From contig NMRA01000490.1 in assembly GCA_002633005.1 (NCBI GenBank), positions 262,475 through 326,474 on the forward strand: DNA of 64,000 nucleotides, written 5' to 3'. Shown piece after piece: positions 41,201-53,200 of this stretch. The notes below the pieces were generated by a model, which was not told the origin of the DNA, searched no databases, and saw only the letters and a list, made by a program, of their open reading frames with translations. The stretch comes from Phoronis australis (Eukaryota; Animalia; Phoronida). Position 1 is the stretch's first letter, and every line of letters begins with the position of its first letter. The translations under genes were made by a program, and so were the position numbers.

Positions 41201-44200
41201 CAAGTCACTTTAGTACTCTTTTAGAGCTAAAAAGTTACATGTCAAAAGCTTCCTATTTTGTGAGGAGTCATCAATTCGCATGACATCGATTTCTATCTCT
41301 TTGGTGCTGTTGATTCTTGTATCTACTGAAAGCGTACTTCTGGTTGATGAATGGACGCAAGTTACTAATGATGATACTGTGTCATTTTCATCTCATTTGA
41401 TGATAGACAGATAGTTATTGAAAAGAATGGTTCAATTATAGTTCTCATCATGGGTCACTTATCTCCAGTCTTGAAGGCCGTGGACAGAGACTGGACATAA
41501 TTGCGCATGCTATGTACGCTAATTTTTCTCTTATTTAACATGCAATATGGCCGCAATATTGTCAAATTATATTTTGTCAAATTTCTTCACAAAAATGAAG
41601 ATGAAGACCATTTTAGTTTGTGACTGCCAGTACTGCGAGGATGTCATAAAACAACTTTTTGTAAATTTTCCATTATTTGCTGTTGAAGTTATCAGCTTTA
41701 GAAAAATGGAAAATTACAATTTTTGCTATTATTTGTGTGCGACATTAGTGAAAAATCACTGTTAGGATTCCCTAAACATTTTCCCTTGGCATGGTCTAAA
41801 TACATCTACATAGATCATAGCTATGTACACTGTTTGTGGTTTCCAGCAGGGGTTTTCCACTCCTCACAAACAGTAGTCAGTTGTTTGCCTTGAGCAATGC
41901 CAATGAGAATTGGTCTTGGTTGCTGTGATTGACTAATTAATCCTCACTGCCCTGGCTCCAATTATTAATATTTATTTAGTATTGATTTGTTTAGGAAAAC
42001 TTGTCGTAATCTAAACGAGGTTCATTGGGTTTAACAATGAACGTCTCATCAAGGAATATTAGAAAGTTATTACATAATCCACAACTAATTGCTGTTTGTA
42101 CTATTTGTTAATTGAACTTATTAATTTGTTTAAATCTTGGTGTTTTGTACCGGTGCGTCAGTTGTGGCTCTATATAACCTACTCCAGGAATATTCCTGAC
42201 CAGGTTTGATCCTGTGCCCTTTGGGCGCACATGATGATGAAAATGTGCCTTTTTCAAAAAGTTGTGCCCAGCAGACTTAATGTAATTAAAGTGATAACCT
42301 ATGAAACAGAAACCTCAAGGGCAATTGAAATAAGAACAGTCGTGTTTTACTCTACTGGCTGTAAGTTGACTAGAATATTGCAGTTTTGGAAGAGTAATGT
42401 GTTTTATAAGATGCACCAGGGGGCGCACTGCTGCAATGCATTTGTGTCCTTTTATTTTTTTATGCGCTAATTGCACGAAAGCACATTCCAGGAATACCCC
42501 TGCTACTCTTAAATGAAGTTTCTTTGGTTTACAAATGATGCTATTGCGTTATGTAAATATAATAGAAGAGTCTTTGAGATAGAGGCACGTGTGATAGAAG
42601 TCTTGAGATAGAAGCTCCTGTGATAGAAGTGTGAGAGATAGAGATCTGTGTAATTAGGGTCTTTCATACTAACGTGGACGCGTCGATGGTTTGGGGAGTT
42701 GCGGTCGGTATGAATGCTTAACTCCAGTCTTGAATCGCAGTTAACAGCTCCAGTTAACATCGCAGTTAACAGGTGGATTTAATAGCGCAGCATGCGGGTC
42801 CAAACGAAGTTATCGCCAGGTGCCACTGTTATTGTCAACAGTTACAGTGTAGTGCTGTCACTTAATAGTTGCTTATATTTTGCTCTAATAATAACCAATC
42901 GATTTAAAAATAAGTTTAATGTCATTTAGCTCATGTGAATGTTCCCAAATTGTCACATTGCAAAAAATCTTAGCGTGCCGCGCTACCTTGCGATGACTTT
43001 GATGACAATAGCGTCACCTACCGTTTACTTCGATGTTTATTAACTACCGAAGCCAGTATGAACGGTCCAGTAAACTGCGCTGTTTACGTCGATACTCCGC
43101 TCAGACCGAAGTCAATATGAAAGGGCCTATAGAAGTCTGAAAAAGATAGAGAACTGTTTCTAATAGAAGTCTGTGAGAGAGGTCTATGTAAAAGAAGTCT
43201 CGGATAGGTAGAGATGTATGTAATAGTCGTCTGTGAGATAGGGGTTTCAGTGGTCTATGTAACAAGTCTGTGAGATAGAAGTCTGTGATATAGAGGTTTT
43301 TGTGATAGAAAGTCTGTATGACACGACTGACTGCATGGTACAAGACAGTGTGATAGAAGTCTGTGCAATAGGAGTCTTAGTGATAGAACTCGCTGTGGTA
43401 GAAGTCTGTGCAATGGAAGTCTGTGCAATAGGTGTCTGTGCAGTAGATGTCTGTGCAGTAGATGTCTGTGCAATAGATGTCTGTGGGAATAGATGTCTGT
43501 ACAATAGAAGTCTGCAGTAGAAGTCTGTGCAATAGATGTCTGCGCAATAGATGTCTGTTCTATAGATGTCTGTGCAATAGATGTCTGTTCAATAGAAGTC
43601 ATGGCTCATAAGACAGCTCTGGTACAAAAGGACTGTTGGTTGCTTGTTATGCATATGACGTCATTACGTGAAGAATATTCTTGAACCATGTACATGGAAT
43701 GCCCAGTTGGCAATAGTCACACAGGTATTGAAGTGAATTGTCTACTTCATAATCTTTATCAAAATGCAATTTTTATAAAGCACGTCTGCCGGTTAATTTG
43801 GTTGTTGGTCTCCTAATATGAACAATCTGGTAGATCCAAACGTACCTTGTGCAGCTCCCCTCGCCATTGACCCCTCGCCACTCCTTTTCCCAGTTCTTGG
43901 GATTAAACACCAGATGGCGCAATTGGTTCACACGCTCCTTTGAGTATATGGGTTGCATCAGAACTGCCACAACTCTGAGCCAATGTCCTATTTTGGGAGC
44001 AGTTGCCATGGCTACTAAGTCCAGGAGCTATGTCTCCTCACTGGGAACAAAGGTGTTGATGGAAAAGTGACAGTTAACTGTGACAGATACCTGTATAGGT
44101 AGCTGACCAAAGACAAGTTGCCATGGTGTAACTACTGGTCTGGACAACACATTTTATCTTTCAATGATGAATGTCTGCAAAATTATGGTCAATTTGAGGT

Positions 44201-47200
44201 GCCCCTGTCTGGTCCTGGAGGTGTGCTTCATTACATTGGTCATGGTCTGGTGATCCTAAATGACCTGATGTGACTGTTGACTGTCAAGCTACAGTTTATA
44301 TAAATTCAAGAAAGGGTAAACACCTCCTTGCACATCCATCTGTAACTTTGAAAGTGGTCTTTGTGTTTAACTGGTCAAGAAGGATGATGAACATGAAGGA
44401 TGATGAAGCCAGGTTTCCATTGGTGGCGGACAAAGCCAGCAAAGGTTCATTGGGGCAATGTCTGTGCTGGTTTTGCTTCCATGTAGTACGTAGTCTCGGA
44501 TATTTGATATCTATCTGTTGTCATTAAAAAATTATTGTCGCTGCGTTGTTGGTCAGCTGTATGGGCAGCCATATTCTACACTCCCAGTGTCTTGTGTTGC
44601 TGGGTTTGAAGTTGTGGGATAAGTTGCCACTTATAGTGTGTATAGGACCTTAGTTAAATACGGACATGTCCATGTACCGTAGTTAGCCAAAGATCTGCTA
44701 GACCATGGATTTTAACTTCGTAAAAGTATTTTGCCTTGTAGAAGAAAGCTTGAAGAATTTCAGTTTCAAATTTGTACTAATCTCCCATTATTTGAGTCAC
44801 GTGATCGTGTTTTTTCTTTGAAACGTAGCAAAAAAGAGAGTCACTTTCACAGCTAAACAATTGTAACAATACTGTATTCAAATTGCGTTTCATATAAATG
44901 TTCAAAATGAATTAATCAAAAAGGTTACAGTTTTGTAATTCTTCATTTTGACTTCATTTTATGCATCTTTTGACTATTTTTTGTTAGCGCTTATGCAGAA
45001 GTGGAGCTGTTTAAAACAATCGCTAACAGCATTTTGGAGAATAGTGCATAAAGCATTAACTTTCATATAAATTCTCTCAGAAATTTCTGAATTATGATTT
45101 CCAAATTTTGCCAGATTTAGACTTTTTTCAAGGGTCCTTACATAACCTTAACCGCCAAAGAAAAACCTTTGAGAACTACTTGCAAAGTTAAAGTTACTTT
45201 TTTGTTCTTGCGAGGATTTTCCTTCATTTTATCCTAAAAGTTGCTCAAAATATCTCCTCCTGTAGAGACTTAATTGAAAGTGAAACTCATCCCGCCACCG
45301 GAATATGAGGACAGGTTCTACCAAAAATTGTACACCGTGTCGGCCATCTTGTGCCTATATTTCTTCTTGTTGTCATTTGGTGACTAAATTGTGATGCTAT
45401 CTCCTGTTAAATTCACTAAACATTTTTGCTTGGGCAAAGTTAAGCTCATGGTGTTCAGCCCTGTTTATCCATTTGCTACCTTACATGCAATTTAGTTTGT
45501 AGAATGTGACATTTATGTGTGAGAGTTTTCAAATACAGTTGAAGGAACTTGGTTAAAAGTTCACGACCTGAGAGGTCGTGAACTTTAGTGGATATGTTTG
45601 TTGAAGGTCTTCCTGATGTCTGTTGGTGATGGGCTCTTTGTTGTATGTAGCCCTGCATAAATGTTGTGTACAGCTGGTCCCTCTGTATCCAGATAGGCTT
45701 CATGGAGTGTGGTCAAGTATTTATAAACACAAGTCACTGACCTAGGGATTGTGAACTGGTGATGTTGACCAACCCCATGATTATCATCACAGAATTAGTG
45801 TGAGCTCCAAAACAATCACCTCTCATTGTACAATCAGTGGATCATGCATCACTGGCAAAAATCTCGAATCATGGGTCCAGCGTCCACCGACATGTGACCC
45901 CTCACCCTGTTGGTGATAGTGTTGAAGAGTGCTCTCTCTCATCCACCAATTACATTAAACAAAATTCAAATGAAACATTCAGAGAATTTACTTAATGCAC
46001 TTGTCTCCAAAACTCCATTAGGAATTGTTTTTAAACTGATCTACTTTTGCTATAGAAAGGCTTTCAAAAATATGACTTTAATTTATTTTTGTTATGGAAA
46101 AAATCACAATTTGCATTAAACAAAAACAAAATAATGACTCAGAAAACTGTAACAGTGTTTTTGAGATTTTATCTTGAACATTTCTATCAAACATGCTGTA
46201 CATCTTGCTGTTACTATGTTTCATTTTTGCTAAATTTATCTAAAAAACCTCAATTTGTGACAGATTGGCTTAAAATAAAAATTATTTGCATGCTTTCTGC
46301 CTGCAAAACATACGTTCACTTGTAATTCTACATGCATGGCTGAACGCACTGACTTATAGATGAGCGCCTACATAACCTTCACAGAAGACTGCTCTCATAC
46401 AGGAACTGTTTCAGCTGCAATAAAACCCATGAGATGCTATTTACCTTCAGCTTATCCCTCATTACACATTGTCAGTTGTGTGTATTCAGTCCAGGTGAGA
46501 AAATAGTCCCACGCTATTTTTTGCACCTCAATAGTTGTTTACGTTAGCCGTTTAAATACGCCAACCCTGGTAGTTTATTGGTACATTAAAGGTTTCTCTG
46601 CGCAAACCAGTTTTATTTGATTAGGGCTGGCAAATTTGTGCTGAGATAAAAATCCAGTCTAAGGGTGCACTTACAGTGAAGATCTTTGAAGGCAATAACT
46701 TTTGACAGAGGGACATATATCGCCCAGTGTTCAGTCTTATTAGATTATATGCTCTGTGATTTAAATCAACAACACAGTATATGAATATTTGCATTAATAT
46801 CAGGCAGGTATTTTTAGCCGAGCTGTGTTCAGGTATTCAGTCACCTGTACAGGGGGTTTTGTTGCCTATACTGCTGGCTGTGGTTAGTGTAGACATAATG
46901 TGAATGCTGAGGAGTTAATGTAAATGTCTTTAAAAGCAAACATTTTATGATTTGCAATACTTTGCCCAAAACGATGAATGAAATGAATTTTGACTAATGT
47001 ACTTTCAACGTTTTGTTGTGTAATTACTATAGCGTTACCATGGAGATAGAGCCTTGAGATTGCTGCTTACTTACTTATTATATCTAACAATATCTATTTT
47101 AATATTAAGTGCCCCTATCATGCTTTTGGATATTTACAGTAGCCTAAATACCACAAGAGACTGCTGAAGTATTAATACAACATAAACATGTAACATGAAG

Positions 47201-50200
47201 CCATGCACCATGGAGAGCTAACACTGTGTGGTGGGCTGGAAATTGACTAAAAGATGCAGACACAAGGGAGTTGCCCTCTTGTGACTACATTCATTCATGT
47301 TCTGTTTTCTATTCATTTGTGAGTCTGTGATTAACTTTCATGGTCTCAGATTTCGGTGTTGGGGTTGATTTGTTATTCTTGCTTCGGCCGTGTTGTTTCA
47401 TTGGTTGGTGTGCTTTTGCATTGATTTTGTGTTGAATTCCATTTGCGGTTTCAGCTCTTGAGTTAGCTGTTGTATTCATGAGCTGAGCGTGGACGGTGAG
47501 CGTGGACGGGTCTTTTTCTGGTCTTAAATATGGCATCTTTGTGCTCCCGGCTTTAATGTGTTGGTATCGTATCAGCTCAAAACCAACAGATGGAGCTCAT
47601 CTGGTGAAAGAACTGATTTTCTGGGAAAAATGTTTTTTTTAATTGGAAAAGGCTACCTACCTACCTGAACTTTCGCTAAGGGGTTAAGTTTGGTCACTGT
47701 GTGAGAAGTAAACAGTAGCGCTGTAGGAATATAGGAGGCATGTGTTGTTCAAACAAATGTGCGCCCATATTATCCTGGTGTGCTGATATTGTGGCTCATT
47801 GGCTATGAGGGCTCTGCTTTTCAATTACACTCCGGAAAATGTGGGTAGCAGTTCAATGGAAATCTCTTCTTTAATGCGACTTTAACAAGGTGGTTTGTAA
47901 AGCCCTACAGTATTTACTGACAAGATTTTCAATTCGATTTCCATTCAAAGAGATTCTTACTTTATTGGATTGATTGACTCGGAAATTACCAATCCAGCAG
48001 AAATCTCTGAACTCGTCTGGCTCGAGAGATTCAGTTGTTCATTTCAGGATGTAGCACCATACGATCTGCAGTCAAATTCAGTTTGCGTCCATTGATTACT
48101 CGTGATGGGTTCATCTATCTGCAGGCTCGCATATTCTCCTTGTTCTGTGGTTTGCAGCGGCCCTCGGAGATAATGCTGTTACGTACTTAGCCTTGGATCT
48201 CTTCTAATATCTGATACAGTTGGCATGCAAATTGACTTCTGAGAGCTGCTGGTGATTTATTGTTTCAAGTACGCTGATTTTCCCTGCAACTGTGATGTCT
48301 GCCAATGTGCACCCAACCATCTGTTAACAGCTTGCTTGCCAGCATTCAACAACACTTGATCTGTTGTGAAGAAGGCCAGCCAGATAACATCACTGAGCAA
48401 CCTGAATCCACTCAGGCTTGTCTTGACATTGTCTTCTCCCTCATCTTGTGTTCTTGGTGTCTTCTTGAGAGCCCTGAACATAGATTTTACAAGCTCAACT
48501 TGGAAAGCAAGATGGATACTGGATGTTTCAAGAGACTGAGCAGCTGAGGGCTGGTTGGATATCTCAGAGTTAATGAACTATCTTCTGGCATGTTCTATCA
48601 ATCGCTGGTCTGCTGCCTATGATTGGAGGGCTATTTTTGTATTATTCTTAATGTGTTGCACATTTTTACAGTTCCTTACTAGAAGCAATCATAAAACTGG
48701 AAAATTACTCTTCCGGAGGAAGCGTGTAGTATGTAATTGCGTCACACTGCTACCATTGAATGTGTAGTGGAGTATATATTCTCAATTGTCCGGCACTCGG
48801 CCTTTCTGCTGTGGAAATGATAGTTTGACAGATTACACGGTACTAGTGGTCCCAGTCTGCTTTGCCTGGATAAGTACCCCTCAGGGATAAGTACCGTTCA
48901 GGGATAGTTACCACTTAGGGATTAGTACCTTAGATATCTGCAGGAAGGTGATGGAAATTATTGAAAACTGCATTGTTCACTTATTTTTGAACAAGTAGTA
49001 CGAGAATGTGTTCGTGGTGTGCTTTTGGTGTCAGTTCTAGTAGAGTCTAGTGGAAATTACTGACATTACGCCGAGTGACACATAGCCTCGATACCAGCTC
49101 TGATCTGGCCTCCAATACAAGTTGGTCATCGCGTGAAAATAATCGTCATGGAAACTAGGCATGAGGAAGAGGAAGGGTTTGCCGTCGAGGCACTGAATAT
49201 TCTCCGGCGGCCATCTTACTGGTTTCCCCGTCCCAGTCGTCACCTACAGTATTTCAAACGGGATGTCAATGTCAGAGCAGCTCAGAAAAAGAAGCTGGAA
49301 GCTGAGCAGGTATTCAGTTGATTCACTTTTATAGTAGCTGCTAGCGACCTCTATAGGTCAAGATATACAACATATAGTAGCTGCTACACGTGCTGTGTAC
49401 GCTCGTAGAAAGTAAAGGAATAAGACCTTGAAATGAAAAATAATGATGCGTATTTTAATATGCAAAAGTGTACCTAAAAGTTACAAATTAATGACCCGTA
49501 CAGGCGTATGTGCTCTTCTAAACCTGTTTCATGACCTTGGCCTTTTGTTTGTTTTGAAATTGGTAAGAATAAATAGTGCAGTGTTTGCCCTAGCAGCCAT
49601 ACTGCATTGCGGATTGAAACGTACCCACCCTGACGTTAAACCACTTATGATTGCTGGTTTATTTCTAGAAATAAATTCTCGTGGCGAGACTGGTTATAAG
49701 GATTAGTGACTAATTAAATCAAAGTGCAAGTTCACTTATCCCCTCTTTAAAATTTGTATCGTAAATTTGAAAATCGGCCTTTCCTGTGAACCAAAATGTA
49801 ACTATTCCTTATTCTCACATAAAAGTCAGGTGCTTAAGGCTTACGACCTATCACCTGAGGTGGTACATGTTCTAGTCTACTGTAACATTTCATGACATCA
49901 CTGGCCAATCACTGCATGTGTTCCAAATGTGTCCAAATGAAATGGTTTGATTGGATCACATGATCACATGATCTGTCAACAACTGCTCTGGGGTGAGAGC
50001 CATCACACATTACTTGAGTCTCTGCAAGACATACCAGGCAAGCTCAACTATTCTCGAATAAGGAAGTCTTTGGCATGATAAACAATAATAAAATTTAAGC
50101 AAATTTGAAAACCACTACAGTCCAGTACACACAGATTTCTGTAAAGAAGGTGTAAAAAGTTCATTGTCGTCTGCATGTTTTTGTAATAAAATTGCAGGGT

Positions 50201-53200
50201 GTCAATTTGTATTTATTCAAGCTGTTTCACAATTTTAGTACTAGGTATATGTTATAGTACTGTGTAATAAAAGTTTTTAATTGTGAACTTTTGAGTATCA
50301 GTGAAGTACACTTAGCAGTCTTTTGCTAAGTGTGCCTAAGGCATTAGTCAAGAGTTATTGGTGGAAACTGTCGATTTAGATTTCGAATCCTTTTGGTCGA
50401 GTCCGTTTTGGCAGCCTCCAAAACATGACCAATTAACAACTTTATTTCTCAAGTAATTTTAAGGAACTGAGTAACATTTGGTGGTCAGCGGTCACGCGAT
50501 GCATCTAAAAAAATTGTAAACTAACTTCCTCAGTCTAAGCGTCTTCTCACTTTATTTATAGTTGACTGCTCTCTTCCCTTGTTCATGAAAAGTATGTAAT
50601 TAGTTGGCAGTTACCATATGAAGCAAGGAAATTTTCGTAACCTAGTAACCTGGAGCGCCTTCAGTGAAAAGTCATTCCTCATGAGTGGAGATTTGATAGT
50701 CAATCAAGTGTGTTGGTACAAGGGAAAGTTTGCTCTAGCTAAGTGACATTCCAGTTATTGCCTTGAGAGTTGGCAGCCATCCCTTGTAATTTTAATTAAG
50801 GATGACTTCATTACCACGGGCGATTAATCTTGTGTGTAGTGCACCGGTGTTCTCTGTTAGTATTCTCAGGTATATGTTATGGTTCTTGAACATTCACACC
50901 TGGCCTGCTGAAATGGTGGAATTCCTAGAATTCTTCAACAGTAGCGGGGCTTGTGCTGCGCTGTGAGGACGTGTCCAGGTGTTTTGGTCTGCTTGCTGAC
51001 AATGCATTTTTTGTGGAAAGCGAATGGTGTGTGTTATGAGCAAAATGACTTCTTCATGCATAATTTGGCTGAGGAATATTTGCCCTGTAATGCAAACTGG
51101 TAACGAGTCCTATCCCCGATTGTGTTTGATTTGATTCAGGGAGTTATGGGGGTGAGTATATACATAAAACTCATTGTGGTAACATTAAATGATGAATTTG
51201 TAGTTGAGCCTATAAAATGCTGTGGTTTAGTGGTTAAAACTAAAATAAAGCTCAATATGTTGGGGTTGCCTTGACAACAGTTACAACTGTATTTGACCTC
51301 GTTAAACCATCTAAAATTCGAATTATACTCTTTTGTTGCATAAAATCAGCCAAAACTATTCCTTACCACAGTGCGATTGTATTGGCGTTACGATTAAGAA
51401 GATAGAAACTATCGACTACTCAGTTGACCAACTCTGAAATTGCTTGGTTCTTATGTTCTCGATATTAACTGAAGTGGCAGGGTATGTTATGAGACCGATT
51501 TTATGAGATTAAAAGGCCTAATTCGATTTTCATCTATTAGCCGCCAACAGGATGAAATCCTACTTCAAGACTGATATTTGGTCTTGTATGCAAGGAACAT
51601 ATGGAATGACGGGGTCTTATAGGGGAAATGATGGTGGTCTTATGGTAAACCCTGCTTTTAAGGTGACTGTCTTGAAAACAGTGTATAACATGTTAGGGTT
51701 TATATGTGAGCACCAATGGCAATTCTTTTAATATGTACTGTAAATATCCTTCTATCAGGTGTTGAAAATTTTCTTAACATTTAAAGGTCATATTCATAAA
51801 CGATTAAGTGACACTGTTTGATCACGGTGTCAAAACTGATTAATTTACAGGGATATTTAGATTTGTAATCTAAGTAATTAAAATGAGATAATGTCACTTT
51901 CTTCCGTTGTATTTAGCTGCACACGTTGACGGTCTATAATTACAAATTGCTGTGGTATAAACTAGAAGACTTTCACGTAGAATCTTTGGTTTCTGGTAAC
52001 TCACCAGGTGTTCTGACATGTTGCTCCTGAAAATTTGCGTATTTGTTGAAAGCGACTCAAATATGTCTACATGGCACTTTATTTTGAAAGCGCTTTATGA
52101 TAAAATCTACACATGAAGGCACAATATGGGAGGGACACGAGTGAAATTTTATTCTCTCGTTTTAGCCGTCACGATAAAGTAGTATCATTACTTTTCTTTG
52201 TCCGAGTCCGGTACCATGGCAACCACCAGACATTGTTTTGAAGAATTATATCCATTCTCAACAGTTTTACTAGACCTTGAATCTTTAAAACCGCGCAATT
52301 TTAGCAAATAATGTTTTTGTCGAAAATTAGTGAGATTTTATCGGGCTCTGCTAATAACGAATGTTTATTTGCCATGAAGTTTAGAAATTTTCTTGCACTT
52401 GGGATCTCTCGTGGTCATGGTTTTTCAGTTGCTATGCAACAAGATAGTAAGATAGCTTATATCTGATATCTAGCGGATTAAAAAATCCCCTTCTAATTGC
52501 CTCTTGTGAACTAAACAGAAATTTGATGAAGTCTTCCTTCGATAGTCAGTTAATCAGTTATTTCCAAGTGTTTCTGACGTTCATCAATATCTATATGAGT
52601 TGTGGATGGTGCTCTGTGGAGAGTATGTAATGTAGAGATGTCAGTTCATAACACATATTGATTCCTAGTTGGTAAGGGGATCAATTTAATTATTCTTGCT
52701 AAATATAGCTTGTCTCTTGCTGGGATAGTGTTTACAGCACCAGTTATGCTGATCAGAACTTGTCACATGAGCACCCCACTTATACTACTGACAAATGAAC
52801 AGTTCTCTTTTTTGAGTTATCATATGTCTTCCTTTAACTGGTACCTATAAAGCTGGAAAGGTGGTTCAACGAAAACTAAAAAGCATTCTGCAAAGATTAT
52901 GGATAATAACTTGTTCCATGATACTGAAATACTTGTTGAAACCTTGAGACAGCTTCGCAAATCTATAATTTGGATGTCTTTATTATTTTGAATTGCTTTT
53001 CCTTTCTTTAGTAGTTGCTAAAATATAAAATTTGGACAAAAGCGTGTTTTTCCTTATGAATTGGATAATAAAACCTGTGCCCTAAAAACTTTCTATATTC
53101 CTGGATATATTCTTGTTGGGGAGGAGGGAATTTTCTGTGTTTGTGAAGATAATTATGTTGTTTGCTTCAGCTGGCATGGACTAATACTTAGTGTTTATTG

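Noticed and set aside
43101-43602. Overlapping QTSIA and HRHLL repeat ORFs
   Set aside because: Translations of a 15-bp minisatellite; no splice or homology support.
48257-48547. Open frames on both strands as a nested gene or TE coding fragment
   Set aside because: No recognisable motif or convincing splice signals; needs a homology search.
49443-49562. MMRILICK...LKL with TTG|GTAAGA as a first exon
   Set aside because: AT-rich, intron-like composition immediately after a better candidate exon.
50861-51151. Possible 9-nt (50861-50869) and 12-nt (51140-51151) microexons
   Set aside because: AG/GT pairs this close are expected by chance; no independent support.
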